DNA from: an uncultured Alphaproteobacteria bacterium
Lineage (GTDB): Bacteria > Pseudomonadota > Alphaproteobacteria > Rs-D84
DNA: 64,000 nt
NCBI GenBank assembly: GCA_944392815.1
Contig: CALXXY010000001.1
Location: forward strand, 128,001 to 192,000
Reading direction: 5' to 3'
Made by a program: the position numbers and the translations under genes
Part shown: one piece after another, positions 39,040 through 49,286 of the stretch
Numbering within the stretch: position 1 is the first letter of the stretch
Layout of the letters: each line of letters begins with the position of its first letter
Notes under the pieces: model-generated
The model's database searches: none
What the model saw: only the letters and a program-made list of their open reading frames with translations
What the model was told of the DNA's origin: nothing

Positions 39040-39612
39040 TTATTTGCGGAATAAAAAGCATTTATATTCGTGTGAATTAATGACGCCCGCCGATTGCAGG
39101 TATGCATAAACGGTCGTTGTGCCAATGAACTGCATACCACGATGACGTAAATCCGCGGCAATTTTATCTGATAACGCAGAACGGGTTTTGCCAACCTGGT
39201 GTATTATGCGGCCACGCGTCCAATGCCACAGATATTTTGAAAAAGTCCCATATTCATGCGCAATGGACGTAAATACCCGCGCGTTATTGACCACAGCCGC
39301 TATTTTGCGTGCATTGCGAATTATGCCTGTATCGCTCTGTAATTGCGCCAATTTTGCCGTATCATAATTACATACGCGCGCAATATCAAAGTTATCAAAC
39401 GCGCGACGAAATGCATCGCGACGATTTAAAATGCATTCCCAACTTAATCCCGCCTGGAACGTTTCCAGCACCAGCATTTCAAATAATTTCGCGTCGTCGT
39501 ATGTCGGCACGCCCCATTCTGTGTCGTGATAGTGAATGTATTTTTCATTTTTGGGATTGGCCCAGTGACAACGAACGCGGCCATCTGGCCATGTTTTATT
39601 GGGTGCGGTCAT
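39040..39612 (-). CDS. tag: DNA-3-methyladenine glycosylase I
   Basis: RCHWA, YHDTEWG, LETFQAGLSW, NSH..C. Confidence 0.95.
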   Translation of the reverse strand: MTAPNKTWPDGRVRCHWANPKNEKYIHYHDTEWGVPTYDDAKLFEMLVLETFQAGLSWECILNRRDAFRRAFDNFDIARVCNYDTAKLAQLQSDTGIIRNARKIAAVVNNARVFTSIAHEYGTFSKYLWHWTRGRIIHQVGKTRSALSDKIAADLRHRGMQFIGTTTVYAYLQSAGVINSHEYKCFLFRK

Positions 39613-40109
39613 AGGTTTACCCCCTCGGTCCACAGGAGTTTGTTTTTTATATCCAATCCACCGGCATACCCGACCAATTTTCCATTCGCGCCCAACACAC
39701 GGTGACATGGGATTATTATCGACACAGGATTGCGGCCAACTGCGCCACCCACCGCGCGTGGTGATGTGCCCCGCCCCATGCGCGCAGCAATGTCACCATA
39801 GGTCGTCGTTGTGCCGTATGGGATTTTGCGCAATTCGTGCCACACTGCACGTTGAAATTCTGTGCCGCGGGGGTTCAATGGAATGCGCGATGTGTCTGGG
39901 CGGGCGCCCGCGAAATATTCGTCCAGCCATTGTTTTGTTATATTAAAAACTGATAAATTTGCATTGCGCGCAGCGTTATCCGGCACGCCCGCACGAAAAT
40001 ATTTTTGCCCGCAAAACCACAGCCCCACCAACGTGTCTGGGGTCGCGCACAGTGTTAATTCGCCCAATGGGGAATCGTATGTATCAATAAAATATGTCGG
40101 TGTGGTCAT
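39609..40109 (-). CDS. ogt: Methylated-DNA-protein-cysteine methyltransferase
   Basis: GTEFQRAVW, RAVGGA, IPCHRV. Confidence 0.95.
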   Translation of the reverse strand: MTTPTYFIDTYDSPLGELTLCATPDTLVGLWFCGQKYFRAGVPDNAARNANLSVFNITKQWLDEYFAGARPDTSRIPLNPRGTEFQRAVWHELRKIPYGTTTTYGDIAARMGRGTSPRAVGGAVGRNPVSIIIPCHRVLGANGKLVGYAGGLDIKNKLLWTEGVNL

Positions 40110-40247
40110 GTCGAAAATCTTAAAAAATACGACGGAAAAAATCAATCCAAAACGGGGCAGATGCATATTTTTCATTTGACTTATTTTTTCATATGGGATA
40201 GCTTTCATTAGGTATTTATACTTATTCAAAAATACATGGGAGAAACT

Positions 40248-41111
40248 ATGAAAAAGAAAATTGCTTTATTTATGGCGGCGGCGATGTTCGCGCCATCTGC
40301 GTTCGCGGCTGAAATCACACCGTATGTTGGGTTGGGCCTGGTTATTGACAAGGCCAGCACGTCCGCACGCCGTGTGGGATTTGACCCGTCAAAAATTAAT
40401 TCATCTGATCCGATGAGTTCTATGACAAACGCCATTATCGTAAATGGTGGTGGCAATATGGATTTCGACATGGCGTTTGCCGGCGAAATCACCGCAGGTG
40501 TGAAATACGGTAATGTCCGTGCAGAGGTCGAAGTTGCAGTTCGCAGTGCGTCCGAAGATGATTATGATATTTTCAATGGGAATATTAATTTGCCCGGTTC
40601 TGCATTAGGGGAAGCAGGAACCATACTGCGCGACGGCATAAATATTCCATTGGAATTGGAAAATTCAATTTCTGTTCGTCACAATTCGTATTTGGTGAAC
40701 ATGTATTATGATTTCGAATTGGCAAATTCCAATTGGACACCATATATCGGTGCCGGTGTTGGTTTTGGTGTATATCATCAAAAGGCAGTTGTCGACATTG
40801 ATATCGATGAAGAAATGTTAATGGCCGGTGTTATGGCTGGTTTAGGGGACATGGCTGCACTGCCAGGGGTTTCGGACCAAGTTATCGAAGGAATGGCCCC
40901 TGTGCTGGCAGGAATGCGCAAAGCCGAGGGCGAACGCACTGTTGCCGATGATACCCTGTATCGTTTTGAATGGCAGGTCGGCCTGGGTGCTGTATACAAT
41001 TTCAACGAAGATTGGGCGATGGATATTGGATATCGTTTCAATTCGTCCACTGTCGGTGGTGAATTCGTCTATGCGCACGAGGTTAAATTGGGCGCACGCT
41101 ATTCATTCTGA
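40248..41111 (+). CDS. Outer-membrane beta-barrel protein (OmpW/opacity-like 8-strand family)
   Basis: Signal peptide, NMYYDF, PYIGAGVG, DIGYR, terminal GARYSF. Confidence 0.8.
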   Translation: MKKKIALFMAAAMFAPSAFAAEITPYVGLGLVIDKASTSARRVGFDPSKINSSDPMSSMTNAIIVNGGGNMDFDMAFAGEITAGVKYGNVRAEVEVAVRSASEDDYDIFNGNINLPGSALGEAGTILRDGINIPLELENSISVRHNSYLVNMYYDFELANSNWTPYIGAGVGFGVYHQKAVVDIDIDEEMLMAGVMAGLGDMAALPGVSDQVIEGMAPVLAGMRKAEGERTVADDTLYRFEWQVGLGAVYNFNEDWAMDIGYRFNSSTVGGEFVYAHEVKLGARYSF

Positions 41112-41188
41112 CGCGCATTTAAAAACACCGCCGTCCCGGCGGTGTTTTTATACCCCACCCCACACACAACCCAAACACACGGCACAAC

Positions 41189-41503
41189 ATGAACCACAAA
41201 ATCATCATCAAATTAAAAATCGAATTGGCCATAGAACCCAGAATTTGCAGCATTTGTGGCCAACCTATATTGGATAATCAGCAAATGTCACTGGACCATT
41301 ATATTCCACGATGTCATGGTGGCCCGGACGAGGCGTCTAATCTGTTTCCGGCGCATTCAATTTGCAACTCGATAAAAAATGATTTAATGCCCGATGAATT
41401 TGAACGCGTAAAAAAGCAACTGTATCAGCAGGCATTGGACAATTGGCATATTAAACGCAAAGATAAACTAATCGTTGCCCGCGCATTGGAAAAAATGCAG
41501 TAA
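41189..41503 (+). CDS. Small HNH endonuclease
   Basis: CSICG...DHYIP...GG...NL.PAH..CN..K. Confidence 0.85.
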   Translation: MNHKIIIKLKIELAIEPRICSICGQPILDNQQMSLDHYIPRCHGGPDEASNLFPAHSICNSIKNDLMPDEFERVKKQLYQQALDNWHIKRKDKLIVARALEKMQ

Positions 41504-41609
41504 TTTGTTCGGAATAACCGCAGCATGGAAACTGGTGCTATAATATTTTTATCAATTATGGCGGTGGCATTGCATCGCAATTTCCCGACATCGACATTGT
41601 ACATTTATA

Positions 41610-41824
41610 AAAAAACGCCCCGTTGGGCGTGTTTTATTTTATGGCGGATGGGGAGGGGGGATTCCCTCGCACGATGCATACGCATCGGCTGCGGGGCAAC
41701 CGTGACGATTTGACTGCGTTGCACTGGTCAAATCTACTTGTTGTCGAACCTGGGGTTTCTCATCCGCCCCACCGATCCATAAAATAAAAAACGCCCCGTT
41801 GGGCGTGTTTTATTTTATGGCGGA
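41610..41824 (-). repeat. tRNA-Ser-linked repeat (39-bp direct repeat, period 176 bp) with a tRNA 3'-end copy
   Basis: 41610-41648 equals 41786-41824; 41642-41657 equals tRNA-Ser 60655-60670. Confidence 0.85.
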
Positions 41825-42175
41825 GGTGTAACATTTGACGGTATTAGATATGATAAATACAGGGTATTTACAGGGAATTTTTGTCTTTTTACCAGCAGCA
41901 TTTTCGCCCGCCCCGCCACAGTTCCGACACTTTTGCAAAAAATCCCGCAAAAATAACAGGGAATTTGATTCCCCAGAACAGGGATTTTAGTTTATCATAT
42001 CAGGTAAAAATTCTCTGCTTGCCTAAATAGCAGTTAAAACACTATATTAATAATGATCGTCTATTACTTGAACCACTAAAAAATATTATGTCAACAGTAT
42101 ATAATATATAATCTTTGTTCTAACTAATGGCAATTATAATATCCTGAATAACCAGTACTATACAATATTATTTAA

Positions 42176-43159
42176 CTATTTTTTTAATTTACATTTGCTG
42201 GATTTTACTGTTTCCCATAGTTCTAGTTTATGGTTTTCAAGTTCATAATCTTTTACCAAATTGCTTAAAAACAGTTCAAACTCCATTAATGTCTCAGCCA
42301 GATGTTTTTTGCGTCTAAATAAAGTCCATTTGTTTATTTTTACGAGGCGTTCAAAACGTTTGGATGTATTTATCAGTGCGTATTCGGGAAATAGCATATT
42401 GATGCGTTGCGTTTCAATGGTATAACGACGAACTCCCAGAAAAAAGTCATATCGGTTATCTGGTGGATAAAAATACACTTTGGCACCTGGTACGTGTTTT
42501 ATTGCGTTTTGGCCATATTTATGCACAATAGCCATTGACAATATAATATCATCACATATAGGCCCCTTGTCCAAATATAATTTTTTTATAATATTGCGTG
42601 GCACGCGTTTTAACCGTGGTGCAAGATTGTATTTTTTCAAAATATCCTGTGCATCACGCACAATAAACAAGCGCCCATGAAAATAACCGCGTTGCGGCAA
42701 CAAATAGCGCATTTCGTAGTATGCTTTCATTATTTTTTGAAAGTTATTAAGTCGCCCCTTGAAAATTGGCAAAACCTTGGCACAGGCAACCCGCAGTGTA
42801 TCATTTGCACACATGATGTTATATAATTTCTTTATGGCGGCCCTATCTATTATCACATCGGCATCACAATATAGTATAAACCCATTTAATTTACGAACAT
42901 TTGCAATCTTCCTTTCGGCCACAAGTTTTCCGGCACGCGAATGTACGATGCTTAAATGCAAATCTTTACACAATTCCTGAGTTTGTTTATTTTGTATTAC
43001 CGCCAATGTATTATCAGTGGTTCCATTCAAACAAATGATTGTTTCAAATTGTACATGCTTATCCAAACGATTTAACGCTTGTTTTAGCGCCAAAAGGGTT
43101 GAGAATATTGTATTTTCCTCATTTTTTACTGGAATGCCTATTGTTAGCGGTGGTATCAT
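42176..43159 (-). CDS. Glycosyltransferase family 2
   Basis: IGIPVKNEE, NGTTDNT, DAD, DD motifs. Confidence 0.85.
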   Translation of the reverse strand: MIPPLTIGIPVKNEENTIFSTLLALKQALNRLDKHVQFETIICLNGTTDNTLAVIQNKQTQELCKDLHLSIVHSRAGKLVAERKIANVRKLNGFILYCDADVIIDRAAIKKLYNIMCANDTLRVACAKVLPIFKGRLNNFQKIMKAYYEMRYLLPQRGYFHGRLFIVRDAQDILKKYNLAPRLKRVPRNIIKKLYLDKGPICDDIILSMAIVHKYGQNAIKHVPGAKVYFYPPDNRYDFFLGVRRYTIETQRINMLFPEYALINTSKRFERLVKINKWTLFRRKKHLAETLMEFELFLSNLVKDYELENHKLELWETVKSSKCKLKK

Positions 43160-43188
43160 TGCTGTATCCAAGTTACAAAGGTATCTAC

Positions 43189-43809
43189 ATGATTATAGAT
43201 GATTTCACGCAATATGCAAGTTGTTATGATTTGTTCATTTTTGATATAAATGGTGTATTAGATAACAATCATGAAGCAAAGGTAAGAACTTTATCTGAAG
43301 CGTTCCCAGCATTATCTGATTTGCAAATTTCCAAAATAAATATTGGTATGGAACGTGCATACGAAAAAAGCAAGGATAGCCCAACCGCATCTCATATTGT
43401 GACCGCGTTTGAAGATAACGGCATTGTAATAGACAGCAATAAAGCGGAAGAATTGGCAAACAGATACTATGACCTAAATCGTATCAAGCCAGAAATCACA
43501 AATTTTCTAAATCAATTAAGCGAAACAAAGAAAGTATGCTTGTACACATCTTTATCTAAAGCAAAGGTGGATTATATAACTAGTAGATGCCCACTGTCGT
43601 CCAATATATTGGTATTTGCCCGCGAGGAACAAGTGGAATCAAAGCCGTCTATTAGCAATTTAGAGGCAATTTTGCGCATAACAAACACACCGATTAATCG
43701 CGCCGTTTTGTTTGGTGATAATGTCGCAGTTGATATTATGCCAGCACATCTACTGGGGATTAAGGCCGTTTTAGTTAGCAATTATGTTGATGCGGTCATC
43801 AAAGTATAA
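43189..43809 (+). CDS. HAD-superfamily hydrolase
   Basis: FDINGVL, TS, KP, GDNVAVDI. Confidence 0.85.
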   Translation: MIIDDFTQYASCYDLFIFDINGVLDNNHEAKVRTLSEAFPALSDLQISKINIGMERAYEKSKDSPTASHIVTAFEDNGIVIDSNKAEELANRYYDLNRIKPEITNFLNQLSETKKVCLYTSLSKAKVDYITSRCPLSSNILVFAREEQVESKPSISNLEAILRITNTPINRAVLFGDNVAVDIMPAHLLGIKAVLVSNYVDAVIKV

Positions 43810-44609
43810 ATAAATTTTGAAGCATCTGACACATTACCACGTATAAAATACGCTGGGGTGTGGTTAGATATATTTTGTATATCTGCAAGTCGTTGCTTCA
43901 TGATGTGGCGCGTGTCAAAACTATTTTGCGTTTCGGTAAAGTTATTATACAAAAAGTTCAAGTTGCGAATATCCCTGCTTGCCTCTTCATACAAGTGCCA
44001 AAACAGTTTTAACCTGTCCAATTTATAGCAGGTCAATTCTGTTTCATTTGTAATAATCGGAAAAACGACCAAAGCTAATTTAGCAGATTTTGTACGAATA
44101 TTAAGTGTGGAATCACAGGCCGTTTTGTTTTTTAAGTTGTCCTTCGACAATGGACAAGCGGCCACAATAGTCTGGGTTTGACCATCCAATACAAACTTTT
44201 CATCGCCAATAAATTCCGCATTTGGCAGTTGTTGCAAGGTTACAGCCAATGTCGTCTTACCGATGCCAGACATACCACCAATTATGGCAATGGCCTTGTT
44301 ATTAATCGCAACTGCCGCGCCATGCACCTGATAAAGTCTGTGTGCCTGTCTTTTTTGTTCTAATAGTGCCCCAACAATCACAATAACAGATCGCAAATCA
44401 ACATCTGCATCAGTTATTTTGATATTATTGCCCCGCCAATCAAAGGAGGCCCCACGAGAAATCGTCATCTCTGCGGGCTGTGCTGATTTGGTTATACATG
44501 CCCCCGGTATATATTCACGTAAAAAATAATGTGCAGATAATGTATCATATACGCTTTTTAGCGTATCACATACAACACATTGTCCCAAAGATCGTATAGC
44601 TATTCGCAT
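43782..44609 (-). CDS. HPr-kinase-like P-loop kinase
   Basis: HGAAV....AIIG..GIGKTTL...FIGDE. Confidence 0.7.
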   Translation of the reverse strand: MRIAIRSLGQCVVCDTLKSVYDTLSAHYFLREYIPGACITKSAQPAEMTISRGASFDWRGNNIKITDADVDLRSVIVIVGALLEQKRQAHRLYQVHGAAVAINNKAIAIIGGMSGIGKTTLAVTLQQLPNAEFIGDEKFVLDGQTQTIVAACPLSKDNLKNKTACDSTLNIRTKSAKLALVVFPIITNETELTCYKLDRLKLFWHLYEEASRDIRNLNFLYNNFTETQNSFDTRHIMKQRLADIQNISNHTPAYFIRGNVSDASKFIYTLMTAST

Positions 44610-45676
44610 ATTATAGATTTATAAAATTCCAGTAATTTATTTGTCTGTTTTTTGACATTCCAATTATTAACCGCTTCAAACTCTGCATTTTTTGCAATCT
44701 TTGTTCGCTTCACTTCATTAGATAAAAGTTCCGTGATTGCATTTGATAATGCTTTTACGTCTTTTGGTGGCACCAACAGCGCATTATAGTCATGCTTGGC
44801 AAAATCAACCATGCCGGCGCAATTCGTTGTTATGATAGCACATCCACACATTGCCGCCTCTAACATTGTGGTTAAAACGCCTTCTTTGGCACTGGATGGA
44901 CATGCAAAAATTTTGGCTCGGTTATAATAATTTATTAATTCCTGAGTGGATAGATTTTTGTAATGATGAGCATGTGGATATTTTGCGACAATATCTTCTA
45001 GTGGTCCCGCCCCCACAACAACTAAATTAAAGTTGTTTGTATTTGTCGTTTCTAATAATTCCAAAATACCCTTATGCGGATATAAACGCCCAACAAATAA
45101 AACATCAATGTCACGTTCTTGATGCATATTTTTAAATATTGAACTATCAACCCCGTTGTGTACAACAGATATGGGACGACGCAAAGATTTTATATTCGTT
45201 CCCCATGCATCTTTTACACTTTCAGAAACCGCCAGCAGTCCTGTCGCATTATATAATGCAATTTCCATTAAATTATCAAAATACTCTGGCGTACCGTGTA
45301 AATGGACAACTGTCTTATAACGATCGGGGATAAACAACGCATCTGTTGTATTATGGATAACGACAATATCAAATTTCTCTGTGTTGCCGGCATAAAAATA
45401 TTCAGCCGCATATTTACCAAATAAATATGATTCTATATTAATATCTGTCCACGTATCCCCTGTTTGTGTCGGCACCCGCAGGGGCAGTTCAACCAGTTTT
45501 ACAGACGGATGCGATACGATAAATTCGTCAAAAATTCTAGACCGCTGACCTACATCAGCGGTTAGTACAGTAATATTGTGTCCTTGACTTACAAATTCGG
45601 CACACTGATTCAGGGCAATTACCTCGGCACCGCCGATATAATACCCCAATCTGTAGTAGTGAATCAGTATGTTCAT
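44600..45676 (-). CDS. Glycosyltransferase family 4
   Basis: GGAE, HNGVD, FVGRL..KG, EGVLTTMLEA. Confidence 0.9.
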   Translation of the reverse strand: MNILIHYYRLGYYIGGAEVIALNQCAEFVSQGHNITVLTADVGQRSRIFDEFIVSHPSVKLVELPLRVPTQTGDTWTDINIESYLFGKYAAEYFYAGNTEKFDIVVIHNTTDALFIPDRYKTVVHLHGTPEYFDNLMEIALYNATGLLAVSESVKDAWGTNIKSLRRPISVVHNGVDSSIFKNMHQERDIDVLFVGRLYPHKGILELLETTNTNNFNLVVVGAGPLEDIVAKYPHAHHYKNLSTQELINYYNRAKIFACPSSAKEGVLTTMLEAAMCGCAIITTNCAGMVDFAKHDYNALLVPPKDVKALSNAITELLSNEVKRTKIAKNAEFEAVNNWNVKKQTNKLLEFYKSIICE

Positions 45677-45684
45677 GATTGCTT

Positions 45685-46152
45685 CTATATTTTACGCACA
45701 ATTGGCATAACATTTTGCTCAAAATATTCGCGTTGGGCTGGGAATCCAATTATCTTTTCGTCAACCAATGCCTCGGAATCCAGCCATACAACCTTTACTT
45801 TATCCTCACGTTCTTCGCAAAAATCCAGCACAGCATCACTCGGCACCTTTGCCACAAAGAATATATGAGCCTCGTTATATGCACCACGTTTTTCAATTTT
45901 TTGCTCTGCAACTTTAAATTTATATGGTTCTTTTACTTGTTGTGCCAGTCCAACCATAAATTCTGCTGTTTTACCAAGTTCTTCACGTAATTCGCGGGTT
46001 AAAGCCTGTTCCGCGGTAGTTTCGCCGTCATCAAATCGTCCGCCAATCGTACCATAGGCACCCGGTGCATATTCCAAAATGGCAATTTGCTTTTTATCGC
46101 CAACTATGCGTACTGGAATAATATATGCCGCATAACTAATATCTTTGATCAT
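45685..46152 (-). CDS. NUDIX hydrolase
   Basis: GGRFDDGETTAEQALTRELREELG Nudix box. Confidence 0.9.
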   Translation of the reverse strand: MIKDISYAAYIIPVRIVGDKKQIAILEYAPGAYGTIGGRFDDGETTAEQALTRELREELGKTAEFMVGLAQQVKEPYKFKVAEQKIEKRGAYNEAHIFFVAKVPSDAVLDFCEEREDKVKVVWLDSEALVDEKIIGFPAQREYFEQNVMPIVRKI

Positions 46153-46646
46153 TTTTCTCTCCTTGTATTATATAAAATTTCTAAACTTTTTATGTCTGTT
46201 GCTGATTTTATCACAGATTGCAATGAATCTAAATCACTTTCGTATTCTTCATTATTATCCGGGGTATGTATCAGATTACTTGGTGCGTATTTTTCCCACG
46301 GGGTACAATATTTATTACGAATATATTTTTTTATTTGTGGTCCTGTTGCCAGTGCATTGTATCCCTCTACAATAACCAATAAATGATCCCTGCCAGTACG
46401 GTCTGGACCTAATTGATAATTTATTGTCGCATCTTTCCAGTCTTGTGTCATCTCCGTTTTATAATCTGGTGCCAGCACGGGCTGATAACCTATTAACATA
46501 TCATAGGTCATCTTAAACCTTGCAGAGACTAAAACAGACAAATTCCGTGACTGTAATTGCTTATAAAACTCAAATCTTGCGCGAAAAGTCCGTAAACTCA
46601 GTTGCAGAGCATCTGGTTTTAATAGAAAAAGAGTTTTTTCTAACAT
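46149..46646 (-). CDS. Divergent nucleoside-diphosphate-kinase-like protein
   Basis: EKTLFLLKPDA N-terminus and NLIHTPD (canonical NxxHGSD). Confidence 0.7.
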   Translation of the reverse strand: MLEKTLFLLKPDALQLSLRTFRARFEFYKQLQSRNLSVLVSARFKMTYDMLIGYQPVLAPDYKTEMTQDWKDATINYQLGPDRTGRDHLLVIVEGYNALATGPQIKKYIRNKYCTPWEKYAPSNLIHTPDNNEEYESDLDSLQSVIKSATDIKSLEILYNTRREK

Positions 46647-46760
46647 ATATTATCCCTATGACGCAGATAAGGCTAACACATTGTTTTTATTTGTCAAATA
46701 CTTCTATAAATCGTTGCGTGGTGTAAAATTGCTTGGTAATATTGCAGGAAAGGGGTAAAA

Positions 46761-47870
46761 ATGAAAGTTGCTATATTTTGCGACTATCTGCATTCGTTCG
46801 GCGGCACAGAATACTATAATGCAACCTTAGCAATGGAATTAAAAAAACGCGGTATAGATGTGCGTGTATTTGTATGTGAAAAGCCGCAAAATTTATATTG
46901 GTTTGACCGCTTGCAAAAACAAGGTATCACAACATACGCTCCAGAGCGTTTTCGCGAAAACCGTGATGACCACACTATAGATGCCGAATTTGCTGCCGAT
47001 ATTATGGACGAGTTTATTGCATGGGCACCCGATGTTATACATGCCAGCCCCGCTGCAAACATGCTGGGCGCATACATAAAACATAAAAAAGCCCCCCATC
47101 TGCCGATTGTGGCAACAGAACATACAACACCCAGCCCAGATTCTGCTTTTTGGTATCCTGTGCACTTTGATAAAATTTTGAAAAACATAGATGCTTTTGT
47201 GGCGACCTGTAAGGCATCTGTAAATGGCATCAGACAATTTCATAAATTCCGTGGCCCTATACACATAATACCACACTTTATAAACAAGCCGCTTTTATAT
47301 AGCACTCGGCGCATACCAAATTCGGTTGCTTGCATTGCCCGAATGTCACCAGAAAAGGGTATCGGTGTTTTACTGGTGGCATGGAAAAGCGTTATTAAAC
47401 AAGTACCAGATGCAAAATTATACTTATACGGACACGGTCGTGCCAAGCTATATTTTGAACGTCTGGCACTATCTTTGGGACTGGGAAACACTGTTCGTTT
47501 TGCAGGCGTATTTGATCCACGTCGTGGTCCAAGTGCCATTGCTGGCAAGCATGACATATTCGTACAACCGTCCTTATTTGAAAGCATCCCTACATCGCTT
47601 ATTGAACTAGCCTTGCTAGGCAAACCTGTAATTGCCACGGATGTTGGTGGTGTTAGGGAGTTAATAAACAATAAAACAGGTGTTTTAATAAAAAGCGCAT
47701 CAACAGACGTATTATCCAAAGCCATTGTGCAGTTATTGCATGATAAAGAACGTCAAGCTGTGTTGGCGAAACAACTGCAACAATCTGTCGCTAATAAATA
47801 TGACCTAAATGCCAATATTGATGCTATGATCAAGTTGTATCAAGATGTTATACAAGCACAGAGCAAGTAA
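46761..47870 (+). CDS. Glycosyltransferase family 4
   Basis: GGTE, ARMSPEKG, ESIPTSLIE, ATDVGG. Confidence 0.9.
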   Translation: MKVAIFCDYLHSFGGTEYYNATLAMELKKRGIDVRVFVCEKPQNLYWFDRLQKQGITTYAPERFRENRDDHTIDAEFAADIMDEFIAWAPDVIHASPAANMLGAYIKHKKAPHLPIVATEHTTPSPDSAFWYPVHFDKILKNIDAFVATCKASVNGIRQFHKFRGPIHIIPHFINKPLLYSTRRIPNSVACIARMSPEKGIGVLLVAWKSVIKQVPDAKLYLYGHGRAKLYFERLALSLGLGNTVRFAGVFDPRRGPSAIAGKHDIFVQPSLFESIPTSLIELALLGKPVIATDVGGVRELINNKTGVLIKSASTDVLSKAIVQLLHDKERQAVLAKQLQQSVANKYDLNANIDAMIKLYQDVIQAQSK

Positions 47871-47871
47871 T

Positions 47872-49050
47872 ATGAAACAATATATTTATGCTTCTAATCG
47901 CTACAAACGTTTTTTTGCAAAGTCTATAACTGGCATAAAATTCATGCGTTCTTTGCACGTACAAGCCATAGATAATGCCTCTATCATAATTGAACCAGAC
48001 ACGCATCGTTTTGGTGTGTTTGATGCAAAAGGTGCACTTGTGCAAGATTCACTGCAATTACGCAATAAAATTGTGCAAAGGGCACCGAAATTTATATCGC
48101 CGACCAAAATTTTAGATATAGAGGCGGTGTATATAGGAACCCTAGAGGACCATTTTGGACATTTCTTATTGGAACACACAAACCGCTTGTACCCCGTTTT
48201 GCATATTAAATATAAGCATATGAAATACGTCATATTAAACAACAGAAATCTGCCAAAAGTATCAGACTTTGTGTATGAATTTCTGCAAATACTTGGCATC
48301 AATGAATCCGACATTTTTATAATAAATGATAATGTAAAAATAAAACGATTATATATACCCCCAGTAGCATTTGAAATACCCAATAAATCTTCATCTGCAT
48401 TTTGTAAAACATTTGATGCCGCTGCGGCGTACGCACAACCAGCGCACCGGATTAAAAAAGTTTATGTATCCAGGGAACGTTTGTCGGAGCGCGCTACATT
48501 TGGCGAACAACAAATACGACAACTATTTGAAAGGAATGGATTTACTGTTATTTATCCAGAACAATTGTCTTTGTATGAGCAAATCTGTTATATGAAACAT
48601 TGCAAATGCCTAGCTGGCATTGCTGGTTCTGCTTTGCATTTATCGCTATTTATGCCCAAGGGCAGCAAAGTAATACAAATTAAACGCAATAAACTGCTGG
48701 CAGACAATGCAAGCACACAGTATTTGTTGTGTAAAACTAAACATTGCGACTTTGTTTTGGTGGATTGTGCGTGTGAAATCTTACCTACACATCACTGGTC
48801 GGAATTTCCTCAGATAATAGGTTCAACCAAATATTTAAAACAGTTTTTAAGAGATTGTCAATTTAATTATACCGCCCAAGACCTTAGTTGTGATAAATCT
48901 ATTCGTAAAAAATACCGCCACGCCTTTCGTGCAAAAGGTGGATTTATTCGCTATCAAATAAAACGCACTCTTGTTTATGTTTTGCCACACATGATGCCCA
49001 CAAAACGATATAAAAATCGTATGCGTCGTTGGTTAAATACGCATCTATGA
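47872..49050 (+). CDS. Glycosyltransferase family 61 (DUF563-like)
   Basis: HFGHFLLE, YVSR, PEQLSLYEQI, GSALH. Confidence 0.8.
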   Translation: MKQYIYASNRYKRFFAKSITGIKFMRSLHVQAIDNASIIIEPDTHRFGVFDAKGALVQDSLQLRNKIVQRAPKFISPTKILDIEAVYIGTLEDHFGHFLLEHTNRLYPVLHIKYKHMKYVILNNRNLPKVSDFVYEFLQILGINESDIFIINDNVKIKRLYIPPVAFEIPNKSSSAFCKTFDAAAAYAQPAHRIKKVYVSRERLSERATFGEQQIRQLFERNGFTVIYPEQLSLYEQICYMKHCKCLAGIAGSALHLSLFMPKGSKVIQIKRNKLLADNASTQYLLCKTKHCDFVLVDCACEILPTHHWSEFPQIIGSTKYLKQFLRDCQFNYTAQDLSCDKSIRKKYRHAFRAKGGFIRYQIKRTLVYVLPHMMPTKRYKNRMRRWLNTHL

Positions 49051-49286
49051 TAAAAATAATACGCGTATAAAATTGTCGGGATAAACAGTCCTAAAACTTC
49101 AAGTCGCGTCAGATAAGTTTTCAAGTCAGCCGTTTTATTTTGGTGATTACAGACATCGGTTGAAAACAAAATCGTTTTTTGGTATTCTGATAGTGAAAGG
49201 AGTCGAACTGGCACGTGCGTGCCATAATTGACCCCTTTTTTTATTTATGTGAATTTCGCATAAATAATAAAACAAGGAGAGAGGAA

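Noticed and set aside
41189-41503. HNH as terminase partner or Cas9/IscB fragment
   Set aside because: Lies outside the att-bounded island; no RuvC motifs or associated RNA
41642-41657. 16-bp tRNA-Ser copy as the island's att site
   Set aside because: Better explained as part of the native tRNA-linked repeat (same design at tRNA-Glu); composition shifts after 41824, though this alternative boundary is not fully excluded
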